DNA of 62,973 nucleotides, filler included, from Cercozoa sp. M6MM (lineage: Eukaryota > Protista > Endomyxa: Ascetosporea): assembly GCA_040357565.1 (NCBI GenBank). It is 7 parts of 7 records of this genome, joined end to end, with 100 filler letters (N's around TTAATTAATTAA, not from the genome) between each part and the next. Parts side by side here need not be neighbours in the genome. Positions count along the whole stretch, not along the records: positions 37,173 to 52,613 come from JBDODJ010000306.1; positions 52,714 to 58,704 come from JBDODJ010000810.1; positions 58,805 to 61,341 come from JBDODJ010001745.1; positions 61,442 to 62,973 come from JBDODJ010002004.1; 3 more parts are not named here. One strand, given 5' to 3'. The notes below the pieces were generated by a model. That model was not told where the DNA came from, did not search any database, and saw only the letters and a program-made list of their open reading frames with translations. How positions within the stretch are numbered: position 1 is the stretch's first letter; every line of letters begins with the position of its first letter. This document shows, piece by piece, positions 51,847 through 62,973 of the stretch. A program made the translations under genes and the position numbers.

Positions 51847-53429
51847 GAATACAGACGAAGCATACTACCTATGCCAAATATGCAGCGCAGATACGGATAA
51901 ATTTAAGTAGACATCTTACACACCATCAAATCTCTCATTCTGTGTACCTGCATATAAGCATTATTGTAAGTACGGTAACCGTGAAATGCTGTCACCGCTG
52001 CGCCCCATGCTGTACTGTATCTACGCCCTGCTGTCGTAGATCTCCTGTCGCTCCTCAATGCTATGCACCACGAAGAACTAAGGGAAACGGAAAAGAACAT
52101 GGGTAGCTCATGGACGATTATCTTTTAGCAGGATGGCGTTGAACATGCTGTTTTGGTGCTGCCCGGTCTGCACTTGCACTGCCCCAAGACAAGAAAGAGC
52201 GAGTACCGATTGCATCTGCTTGCTCTCGACACAGGGGAACCTTTGCAAGGCTGGCCGTGCCTTGACGAGGGTCGGTCTGTGTTGCGCGAGGCACAGTTCT
52301 TCCGTCGCGTGATGCGGTCGGAGGTTGAAGAGTATACAGAAAGGCAGTCGAAGCAGAATCTGAGCGACTCGGATGGGAGGTGCTCACAGCCAACTGGGCG
52401 AATGGCGGTACCTACAGCTGTCACTTGTAGTACCCACTAAAGTCTACTCCTGAGTGATTCGTGGTCACAGCCACTGGTGACTTCTGCGGCAACAAATGTA
52501 GCTTCCGACTGCTCCCACACCAAAGCTGCGTGTGCGACCTAGCTCACCAATGTGCAGGGAACCCTGGCACATGGACGGTAATATACACCTTACTTATGAG
52601 ATCTGCAGAATCCNNNNNNNNNNNNNNNNNNNNNNNNNNNNNNNNNNNNNNNNNNNNTTAATTAATTAANNNNNNNNNNNNNNNNNNNNNNNNNNNNNNN
52701 NNNNNNNNNNNNNCCCCCCCCTTGATGAGGAGTACCTCTCGCTCGCCCGCAGCAACACCGTCGTCGCGTTCCTGCCGCGCGTTGCCTTCCCAAAGGCACG
52801 GAAAGGTAGCACGTAACACACACACACACAACACATACACACATGCATAGGGGTATGATGTACCATCCAGTGCAGTTAGTGACAGGAGGAAGCGTTTCAC
52901 GTCCTGAGTCACCCCACATGTGTCAACAACAAGCTTCCTCTGCTCAATGTAGAGGCACCTGTTCACTCCAGCCCTCGGCCGGTGCACAACGTTGCGACAG
53001 GACACTAAGGTACACGTTGACTATTGTCGTATTGATAGTTCCATCGCAGGGCACACTGTGTACGTTTTCACTCGTTTCGCGAACGCTCCGTGCGCGTCGT
53101 GTAGTGTGGCTACCGTGTGTGTAGGTACAATCAACAATGCCAAACAAAGCTCAACCATATTGGGACCGGGAGGTATTGATTCTATACTTTGTTGCTCGCG
53201 CGGAAGCAATTGCTTCGCCAAGTCGAGACACTCGGCGTTAAGCATCTTCTGCGCCGTGAAAAATGAGTTTAAATCCGTTAAAGCGCCTCAGAAAACGTAC
53301 AATAGCGTGCTACGCAGAGATTGCTTCCAAATCGACCAACATGCTTGGATCATTCTACAATACTGTTTTTCGATTTTGTTGCAACAGTACAGAAGCTCCT
53401 GTGCACTTTCTCTTGTGTTTTTACTAACG

Positions 53430-53786
53430 ATGTCGACCTACCTTGTGGTACAGTGTGAAGAAAATGAAGAAGTTGGCACTCGCATTTTTCCGAGTTTTTT
53501 GCGCATTTACTTCATTTCACTTACCCCCACCCCGCCCTTTACTCCCTACCCCCCTTTACCCCTACCCCCTCAGACTGGCGCCAACCGCGGACTTGGCCTG
53601 TACGCTGCTGCCTTGCTTTAGCGTAACAGATTGATGCGTGTGCATCTTTGTGCGTGTTGCAGGGAGTTCGCCAAGCAGCTCGCCGAGCAGGGCAAACGCG
53701 TTTTCGCGACGACTCGCAACCCGGCCAGCGCCGAGTCGCTGAACGCCCTCGCTGCTGCGGTAATCAAATGTCAAGGGAAGGAAGGA

Positions 53787-53855
<69 letters not shown>

Positions 53856-54961
53856 ATGTGCGCGTGTTGACAGAGCGAGGGTCGCGTGACGGTGGTTGCG
53901 CTGGATGTGTCGTCGCTCGAGTCGGCCAAGGCTGCCGCCGCACAAGTGGTCCGTCGCATTTCGCTCTCACTGCTTGTTTGGGTCAAAGGCTGGAGTGCTC
54001 ACCCTTTGTACATGTAAGTTAATGCACGCGTGTCTGTGTCACACAGGCATCGCAACTGGGCGATGCCAAGATTGATGTGCTCATCAACAACGCCGGCATT
54101 TTCTCGAACTTCAACATGTCGTCGATCCTGGATGCCAGCTCCAACATGTACCCTCTGCTCGGGGCTGCTGGCCTGTCTGTGAGTTTGCCTGGTATGTTCT
54201 TGCAAGTAGCGACGCGCTGGTGGAGTGCAGTCAGCGCGACTACGACGTCAACGTGCTCGGTACTCCCTCAGTGTTTGGCCCTCCTGCTGCCACCGTCGCA
54301 GTGTGTTGTGCTCATTTCTGTACTCGTGTCTGTGTGCAGGCATTGTTCGTGTCGTTAACTCGTTCTTCCCGCTCTTGAATCCGGAGCAGGCCAAGGTGTG
54401 TTTCTGTCTCTGTCTCTGTCTCTGACTCTGTCTCTGACTCTGTCTCTATCTGTATGTCTGGTTGTCTGTGTGTACCTTCCTTTCCTGGCGTCTTGTACAG
54501 CTCATGGTGATCACGTCGGGTGCTGGCTCAATCGCTGGCACTGACGGCAGCTTCCTTGGTGCCGGCTACAAGTCCAGCAAGGCCGGTGCCAACATGGTGA
54601 CGCGTCTGATCGCTACTGACCCGGCCAACAAGCACGTCACCACCATCGCCGTATTTGTCCTTGCTTCGTTGTTTTGTGTGTAACTTTCTCCTGTCGTTTT
54701 GTATGTACCGACTGTAGATGTGCCCGGGCTGGGTCGCCACCGACATGGGCTCGCAGAACTCACGCTTCGATCCGGCCCTCAAGCGTATCTTGCCCTTCTT
54801 CCGTTTTTCTCCACTAATGAGAGGGTCACGATACGTTTATTGGTGGGTGGTACTCAGCGCCCGAGTCGATCGCCGCCATGCTGGCGTTTCTGGACACGGT
54901 CACGTTTGAGCAGCACAACGGCAAGTTCTTCAACCGCAAGGGCGACGAGATTCCGTTCTAG
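53430..54961 (+). CDS. Short-chain dehydrogenase/reductase, C-factor (CsgA)/sniffer-like, 10 exons
   Basis: MSTYLVTGANRGLGLEF...LDV...IDVLINNAGI...VITSGAGSI...YKSSKAGANM...PGWVATDMG...GKFFNRKGDEIPF*. Confidence 0.93.
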
Positions 54962-55314
54962 TCTGGACTAAAATGAACAACCGTCACCGCGCGTCGGTGT
55001 GATCTACTGTATCCGCGCGGAAGTCATTTTATAACTTACCAAAAACCTCAAGAGGTCTGGAAGATTTTGAACACCTGTTGGAGTAGGAAAGCCTTGGGCG
55101 AGCTCTCTCGACCTACCTGGTCTCTTCAGGACTAATTATCTCCACTTCTACCCATCCTCTGCCTTTCCAGAGGCCCATCTCCCTTCTTTCTTCTTCCTTC
55201 ACGCCGACTCCATCAAACATCTGGCGGGTGTCTTTCCCGGGCGACTGAACCGTTGGAGTATCTCCCAAGGCCTGATCCCTATCTGAGAGGGCTGCTGTAA
55301 CACCGTTTGACGGT

Positions 55315-57380
55315 TTACGTGCCGGCCTGGGTTGAATGGCTCGTAGCCTGGCCGTTACGTTCATGCTCGTTTTCAGTTTTCGCGTTCAGTTCGTTGAAAT
55401 CATGCTCATTCCAGCTTTATTTCTTTCGACTTCCAGCTTGTGGAGTGCCGGGCTACTGCGGCACAGGCGTCGTTGTAGACTCCGGTGGCACCATCTCCCA
55501 TGGCAGGATGGCTGACTGTGACCATGCCACATTCGCATAAAAAATCAAAAATAGCGACATGCCAGACTAAGAAGAGATCACCTGCTGTACCGCCAGTGCT
55601 CTGGCAGCAGCGATCCGAGAGAAATAGAGATTCGCGGCACGCGTGGCATGTAGACATTGCTCACTTCGTGTCCAGTCGCACAGCACGCTCGTGAGCGCCG
55701 GGACTGTCCAGGTGTCTCCTCAAAAAAGAAACAAAGCAGCCCGAAACAATGTGTGAAATTACAATGGGCAAAGTAAACGACACTGGAGATAACAGAGCCA
55801 ATGGCGGCACCTCTAAGAATCCACACGCATACACACGTCATCTCGTTCAGATGTCCACGTGTCCACAGTTTGAAGAAAAGAAAAAAACTTGGATATTGTA
55901 CGCCACTATATCGTCGAAGTTGTGATGGTAATCGACTGTTCTGGAAACAGCGACAAGCGAAGCGCCTAACAACGGCGACAAAATCAGCGGCAGCTGCACC
56001 TGTCACAATATTGTCGACAAACAGAAAAATACAAAGAATGCGAAAAAAACAGGAAATACATAGCGAGGCAAGAAGGACAGAAAGTCGCTTTCGTGGGTCG
56101 AAACCTCCGCAGTTGACGCCAGTTTCGTGTGCAAACAGACCTGCGTCGCAGTTCATCTCAGTCAGTCCAATAAACAGTCAGCTTTAATTTCAGTCAGTTT
56201 GTCACCTCAAAGTCATTCGCAAAGAAACGCATGGCCGAGGCGAGCAACAGGGTCGCAAACACGCCTCCTGGTCAGCAATTCGAAAAGTCGCATATCAGAC
56301 ACAACACTACTCCGCACGGTACCTGCAAAAATCGCAGCCGAATGACCGCTGGGAAAGGACTAAAACCCAACTGACTAAGAAAACGGAAAATGAACTAACG
56401 CGTCACACACACACCTTCAAGCCATCGGCAACTTCGCGAGCATTCGGGTTTGTGCACAGGCCTAAAGAGCACCATCTGCAACATACTGACCGATTTCGAG
56501 CAATGCTGGTACCATTAACAGGCCGGCACACCTCAAGAAAGTTAGGCCGCGGTCGTCCGGCCACCTTTTTTAGTACCTCAGTTGCAACCAGTGTCAGCGA
56601 CATGGCCTGACCGGCAAAAAAGCAGCAACTGAAACATGCCAAAAAAGCTCGACTTTGACTGCAGTACCTGCAGGATCGCGATGATTGTGGTGCGACGACG
56701 AACGCGGCTCTTGAGCCGACCAAAGGCAATCACCTGAGGCATCAAAATTTGGGGTACAGACTGCATGTGCATGCAGTCGACACGCTCAGTACCAAGGTAG
56801 GCAACAGAGCGAGAAAAGCACACAATCCTTCGTGCACAAGGTCAGTGCGCAGTGGAAAATTCAGTGCGTCGTTGGCACTGCGCAACTCCTGCAGCGACAC
56901 GTCTTTCTCTGCCGAGCCAACAACATACCGCTATTGCTCCGTGTCGAGTCCGGCAATTGTACCATTCAGAAGAGGCACGTAGCGCACCGTATGCGGTATT
57001 AACAGGTTCGCCAAACCGGCCAGCAACAGCAGCGCCGGCACGCTAAGCGCGTGCGACACCCAGTCGCGCTGCGTTTCACACGATCACATAATTCTCGTGC
57101 GCATACTTGACATAATACTGAGATCGGTTTACCTGCATGTGCACTACAAACGACACACACACTCGCGCACACACCTGTGTTCTAAAGTTGCCGTGCAACG
57201 TGTTACTTTTTGCTTGATTTTTTGGCTGTTGCCTTTTTATGCATACAAGAAAATGCGACCACTTAATGACTTAATTACACACAAAACCTATCTTTGATTT
57301 AATTTAGGCGACACAACCGATGGCAACTATCGACACGGCATCAAATTTTGTGCGGTCGAGTCCGAATGCGTCCATTTGTA
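55315..57380 (-). CDS. PAP2-family lipid phosphate phosphatase
   Basis: KKVAGRPRPNF (motif 1), SFPSGHS (motif 2), GAAIG after the motif 3 region. Both ends approximate. Confidence 0.82.
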
Positions 57381-57648
57381 CGCAAGAATAAAAGCTGTCG
57401 ATTTGGCAAATCCAGCCCCTGAGCTGCGGCCGACGTGTTTGCTGGGTACCATAGTGGCATTTACGAGAATAGATACAGTGAGCCACGTGTGGGGTTAGCA
57501 TTTCCTTGTGATGGTGGCACGTGTGAGATTTCGCCGCGCTGCTGCAAGATTGTGTTAATTGGCTTTCTGTTTTAGGGTTGTTCGAGTTTCGAGTCACTTT
57601 GCAGGAGAAAGACTCGCACACACACGCACACAAACAGTCAAAGCAACA

Positions 57649-58026
57649 ATGGGCTCGGATTCCGTGGAGAAGAGCGAGGCCGCCGCTGCCTCCCGCAGCA
57701 GGTGCGTTGACTCTTTTTGCGTTTCTCCATGAAAGGACCGTGTGCTTGCTTGTGCAGCAGCAACCCGATCATGATGCCGATCAACATGGTGAACGAGTTC
57801 ATCTTCAACTCGAAGCACTTCCTCGAGCGGTGCGAGAAGCCCGACGAGAACGGTTGTTTCTTCTTGTTGGGCCTTTTTGACTTTGCATGTTTCGGTATTT
57901 TTGTGCGTTTCGACAGAGATCAAGCGACTGGCCACGGCCACGCTGATGGGCTTCTTTGTCATGGGCATCATTGGCTTCGTCATCAAGCTCGTGCACCTGC
58001 CGATCAACAAGGTGCTGCTTAGCTAG
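57649..58026 (+). CDS. SEC61G: Protein translocon Sec61 gamma subunit, 3 exons
   Basis: ...EFIFNSKHFLERCEKPDENEIKRLATATLMGFFVMGIIGFVIKLVHLPINKVLLS*. Confidence 0.93.
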
Positions 58027-58272
58027 GAACAAACTGATCTTTTGGATTGAAAATTCGCATGACGTGATGGGCCTCTCGCCTGTCTTGCAACTAAAGAAAC
58101 GCGTTGCACCGGTTCAGCTAGCGATATGACGATACCAAGTTTAGTAACAGTACAGTCAACTTCACCCAAACGAAGTGAAAGCTCAGTTAATTCAATCGGC
58201 TCGAGCCGCGTGGACTGGAGTTCAGTTGGAACATCGTATTAGACGAAACAAGCTTCAGTCCTGCGAGCCTGG

Positions 58273-58371
58273 TCATTCTTGCTCCTCCTCCTCGAGTGCT
58301 CGCCGCAGCACGCGCAGGCGACGCACGCACTGTCACATTCATTCACACCAATAATACAAAAAATAATTAAA

Positions 58372-58412
<41 letters not shown>

Positions 58413-58704
58413 AATATATCTATATAGAATGTACCGCCTCGGCATCGTTGGCGGAGGAGGCTTCGCAGTCCATCCAATGAGCGCCGCCCTTTGCACCGAA
58501 GGTGAAGACAGCAGGACAGGAGAAACTCAGAGTACGCGAAAGCGAATGACGAAGCGACGACTGTCATGCACATCGCACTCGACGCTCTCGATGTCGGCGA
58601 TGCGCCGAGTCGCGTGGTGCGTGTACCCAAACTGTACACGGGGGGTAAAGGGGAGGGGGGGTAGAGGGTGGGGACTCAATACGACCGTAAGCCCTTTGCA
58701 CCGA
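58273..58704 (-). CDS. 3' fragment ending in a PH-like domain (SIN1/Avo1-PH-like)
   Basis: Spliced: HATRRIADIESVECDVHDSRRFVIRFR-GGAHWMDCEASSANDAEA-CVRRLRVLRRALEEEEQE*. Confidence 0.45.
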
Positions 58705-59329
58705 NNNNNNNNNNNNNNNNNNNNNNNNNNNNNNNNNNNNNNNNNNNNTTAATTAATTAANNNNNNNNNNNNNNNNNNNNNNNNNNNNNNNNNNNNNNNN
58801 NNNNCACACACACACAAACGATAGTACCCGAGCAACCTCTGATGCAGTTTCAAGAAACTAGGCTCTACAACACGAAGCACTCGCACGAGCTTGCGCACCA
58901 ATGGGTTGTACGGCTCGACAAACTGACACCATTCTTCACTTTTGTTGCTCAAGCGACTGCCTGTTTCGCTCAGCGGCGTCATTGCCATGCCTTTTGAGCA
59001 GCTCTCTGTCCACTTTCTCCTCTCTAGACTATGACTAAGCGAATTGAAGGCACCAGGCCTTCCAGTCTTAACGAAAAACAACCAAACAACCCTGTTCGTG
59101 CCGTGATCAGTTTATCCGAGCGGACGGACAATTGCCCACATTTTATAAATATTTCAGTGCCTCCCCGTACTTCTGTTTTTCCATGGCTCTAAATTGCGCA
59201 TTAATTCAATCCCAACCTAGCATCCACGCGAAAGCAGCTGCGAAGATGTTTCTACTTTTCTTCCGACTTCTAAATTTACACCAGCAGCAGCAGCGGTAAA
59301 TGTATACCTATCTATAAACCTTCTGCCAC

Positions 59330-60350
59330 CTTCACACGAGGTATACCGTTTCTCGTTTTGCTCCCATCTTTCGCCTTGTTGTCTGTCGCGAAAGTAAAAT
59401 GAAACTGCACGTCGCAAGTCCCAGTTCACTTCGGTGAGGTAAAATCGTGCGCGCAGAGGATCGTTGTCTTCGCGAGGAACGACAGCCTGAAAGCGTCGAA
59501 CTAGCTCTTCGCGAGCTTCCTTTCGTTCTTTTTCTATCGGCGTCAGTGCAAACTGGAAACAATTTGTCTCCTTCGCGCGTTGTCCTTTAAGTTGCCTTTT
59601 GCACAACTTGCACCTGTGGCATGCCTTCGGTCTGCGACCAACACACTCAGTTTTCGAGAAAAACAGTGCTCATGCATTAATCACATATCGAGAGGTGGAG
59701 GATGGTATTGAGTACGGTCGTGAGAGTGGATTCACAGGGGGTATGACTGTGCAATGCTGTGTCTGTGCTCGAAGTGTACTATATCAATACCCGAGACAAA
59801 AAGGCAGTCAGTCGTACTGGTAGGAAGACACCCGCACGTCTCTGCTTGCACCTCCTTTTGACGGCAGGAGCCGGAGGTAGCGAGGGCGCACTCGGCACTG
59901 GCATAGCCAATGGCAAGGGCTGCAGTTTCTGCACTCTGTCGAGTACTTCCTACATAAATAATTGTCGCCACTTTGCGACCAATGTGGCATTTTTACCTCA
60001 TGAGAAATGAAGCGCCGTCGTTTTCGACGAGGAGGGGATTCGGTGTTGTCGTCGAACTGCAGTACCACTGGCGCAGGGGGCGACTTTCTGCAGCCACCGT
60101 CGGCGTGTTCTGGAGCACAGCCCTCTGACTTAATTGGCCGGCGACGCTTCCGTCGCACGTCATTGCTGCTCTGTTCTGATTTTGTCTCATTTTTTGGTAG
60201 GTTAATTCTTGAGCCGGAATCCTCGACTGCACCGTCAGTGGCAGCGATAACCGTCATCGACGAGTTTTGGCAGCGAAGATGCCTGAACCCTTCACAGAAG
60301 GTTTTAACCCTAAATCGGACTGGCGGACACCTGGAAAAAACGAAAAACAT
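59330..60350 (-). CDS. Hypothetical protein with a UBA-like domain
   Basis: LVRRFQAVVP...ARFYLTEVNWDLRRAVSFYF fits the UBA-like pattern AxxYLxxxxWDLxxA. Gene limits unresolved. Confidence 0.5.
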
Positions 60351-60706
60351 GTCAATTATTTTCGTGTGATCACCTCCGCCGACTTAAAAAAGTGATCTTT
60401 TGAGTCAGTCGCTCGACCGGCCCGGGTGCACAGAACAGTCGGGCAGCAATCCGAGTGTGCAGCGCGCTGTAGCGTTGTGTTTGGACCTCTGTGTGAGGCG
60501 CCCGGTCACCTGCAGTGTCTGGACGTCCACTGTTTTTTCGTTTGAGCGTCACGTGTGTTGGCCGCCCAACCAACCAGCGTCAGTATTGCATCGATATTAT
60601 AGTTTCCTGTCGTCGGTGAGACGCCTCTGACCTCGGAGCGCGTGTTGGCCAGACAAATTGTAGTGACAGCAGAAGGGACTCAGAGAAGAGAAGAGAAGAG
60701 AAGAGA

Positions 60707-61321
60707 TGTCGGACATGAGTTACCTGGCGTGGATCTTTGAGCAGCACGAAGTGCTCGTGCTGCTGGCACCGGCACTGGAGGGCACGCCCAAGACCGTGCG
60801 GACTGCCGTGCTTCTGGTGGAGGTAGCTTGCTTTGCAATGAGAGAGGTTGGCGTGTATCGCGCGTGTGTTGTTGCACAGCTCGGACTGACCGGAGTGGCT
60901 GCACTGGTCGGTGCCGCCATGGACCAGGACATTGACGACCCCGTGGCCGGTCTGCTGGCCGGCATTGTCGTGTCGATCGTAACAATGCTTCTGCAAGCAG
61001 TGGCCATGCACTTTGGCAAGTACGGCGCCTCCACGCGCACGCAAGCCGTGTGTCTCCTGCTCGGTACTCTTGCACCTCTGGCCTTGACGTATCAGCATGC
61101 CATGTGGTCATCTGTCTGTAGGCCTCGTGTTCGCTGCCATCGGTCTGTGTCTGCCCATCCTAGGTAAGTCTTGCTACCTGCTTTGTGTGTATGAGTAGTG
61201 TACACTGTGCGTAGAGGTGGGCGAAGCCAGCAGCGGTTCCTCAATAAACATGATCATCTACACTGGCCTCTTTGCCTGGTACGGCCACCTAGCTTGGGGG
61301 GGGGGGTAAGGGTAGGGATAG
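60707..61321 (+). CDS. Multi-pass membrane protein, 5' fragment
   Basis: Several hydrophobic segments (LGLTGVAALVGAAM; VAGLLAGIVVSIVTMLLQAVAM; AVCLLLGTLAPLALT); truncated at the gap. Confidence 0.45.
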
Positions 61322-61441
61322 CCATAACATGTCTGACACAGNNNNNNNNNNNNNNNNNNNNNNNNNNNNNNNNNNNNNNNNNNNNTTAATTAATTAANNN
61401 NNNNNNNNNNNNNNNNNNNNNNNNNNNNNNNNNNNNNNNNN

Positions 61442-62973
61442 GCGCGCGCGCAGACCGCCGAAGCGTTCGGTCGGACAGACTGGGACGGTGCCGCCGCCAC
61501 GTGGCACCAGAGTGAGCACGTGCTCACTGGTCGGGAGAAACGCCGGCGCCAGTCGCAGCTGCGGTCGGAACATGGACAGGTCCGCGCGGAGGGGCACGCC
61601 GTGCGACACGAACACCTGCGCGGCATGCGACAGTAGTTTACCCCCCTGTTTACCCCCTTCCTACCCCCCTGTTTACCCCCCTGTTTACCCCCCTGTTTAC
61701 CCCCCCAGTTTACCCCCCAGTTTACCCCCTGTTTACCCCCCCAGTTTACCCCCCTGTTTACCCCCCTGTTTACCCCCCTATCCCCAGTGTACCTCATGTA
61801 GCGACTGCCGCGTCTGCTTGTCGAATTCTGTCGTTACACAGGGGGGTAAGAAGGGGGGTAAACAGGGGGGTAAACAGGGGGGTAAAGTGGTGACACACAC
61901 ACACAGGTACCCGTACTCGACGCGCGAGTTGGTGAGCATCGTGCGGCATTTGTCGGCCTTCCCGGCGGACGGTCTGTTGGGCGCGGTCGACAATGTGCTG
62001 CACTTCGACAGTAGTTTTACCCCCCTGTTTACCCCCCTGTTTACCCCCCTTCTTACCCCCCTGTGTAACGACAGAATTCGACAAGCAGACGCGGCAGTCG
62101 CTACATGAGGTACACTGGGGATAGGGGGGTAAACAGGGGGGTAAACAGGGGGGTAAACTGGGGGGGTAAACAGGGGGTAAACTGGGGGGTAAACTGGGGG
62201 GGNNNNNNNNNNGCGCGCGCGCAGACCGCCGAAGCGTTCGGTCGGACAGACTGGGACGGTGCCGCCGCCACGTGGCACCAGAGTGAGCACGTGCTCACTG
62301 GTCGGGAGAAACGCCGGCGCCAGTCGCAGCTGCGGTCGGAACATGGACAGGTCCGCGCGGAGGGGCACGCCGTGCGACACGAACACCTGCGCGGCATGCG
62401 ACAGTAGTTTACCCCCCTGTTTACCCCCTTCCTACCCCCCTGTTTACCCCCCTGTTTACCCCCCTGTTTACCCCCCCAGTTTACCCCCCAGTTTACCCCC
62501 TGTTTACCCCCCCAGTTTACCCCCCTGTTTACCCCCCTGTTTACCCCCCTATCCCCAGTGTACCTCATGTAGCGACTGCCGCGTCTGCTTGTCGAATTCT
62601 GTCGTTACACAGGGGGGTAAGAAGGGGGGTAAACAGGGGGGTAAACAGGGGGGTAAAGTGGTGACACACACACACAGGTACCCGTACTCGACGCGCGAGT
62701 TGGTGAGCATCGTGCGGCATTTGTCGGCCTTCCCGGCGGACGGTCTGTTGGGCGCGGTCGACAATGTGCTGCACTTCGACAGTAGTTTTACCCCCCTGTT
62801 TACCCCCCTGTTTACCCCCCTTCTTACCCCCCTGTGTAACGACAGAATTCGACAAGCAGACGCGGCAGTCGCTACATGAGGTACACTGGGGATAGGGGGG
62901 TAAACAGGGGGGTAAACAGGGGGGTAAACTGGGGGGGTAAACAGGGGGTAAACTGGGGGGTAAACTGGGGGGG
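61442..62973. other. VWA8: Scrambled fragment of a VWA8-like AAA+ gene (fold-back plus tandem duplication, likely mis-assembly)
   Basis: YPYSTRELVSIVRHLSAFPADGLLGAVDNVLHFD / EFDKQTRQSLHE / VFVSHGVPL resembles VWA8. Exons occur in both orientations, and 61442-62202 is repeated at 62213-62973. Confidence 0.7.

Noticed and set aside
61442-62973. Nested inverted repeats and a 761-bp tandem duplication suggesting a foldback element or scrambled gene
   Set aside because: The copies look identical, the breakpoints sit in GGGGGTAAA repeats and at an N gap, and the content is VWA8 exons. Mis-assembly or an amplification chimera is the simplest explanation; long reads would settle it.
1-62973. Alternative genetic code or stop-codon readthrough
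   Set aside because: In-frame stops in the ORF track fall in introns, and fully spliced genes end in TAA, TAG or TGA without internal stops.

Overview
This is eukaryotic, protist-like DNA, not a prokaryotic window. It is seven unrelated contigs joined by N-padded TTAATTAATTAA linkers, so adjacency across a linker carries no biological meaning. Genes are densely packed and split by many short (about 55-90 nt) GT-AG introns, often filled with (CA/GT)n or GGGGTAAA-type repeats. The code appears standard (TAA, TAG and TGA all end genes). I spliced genes by hand. Recognisable genes: a syntaxin-8/SYP5-like SNARE, an Asp/Glu racemase, a tandem-PH protein, a multi-zinc-finger/Myb-like protein, ALG6, an Fe-S L-serine dehydratase, Rho and Arf GTPases, UPF3, a DCAF7-like WD40 protein, a 3-RRM protein, a Ser/Thr kinase, an EF-hand LPCAT, a secreted CHAP-domain protein, a BTB protein, a CD36/LIMP2-family protein, a C-factor-like SDR, a PAP2 phosphatase, Sec61-gamma and a mis-assembled VWA8 fragment. 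The most notable observations are: (1) an intron-containing, signal-peptide-bearing, bacterial-type CHAP peptidoglycan hydrolase, alongside a bacterial-type racemase and SdaA; (2) a ~614-bp TIR element whose left inverted repeat encodes the last codons, a KxKxx-type motif and the stop of LPCAT; (3) a UPF3 tail built from PAM2-like mini-exons; (4) an unusual GTAC-dominated 5' splice-site spectrum. No database searches were run; family calls rest on motifs recognised by eye.
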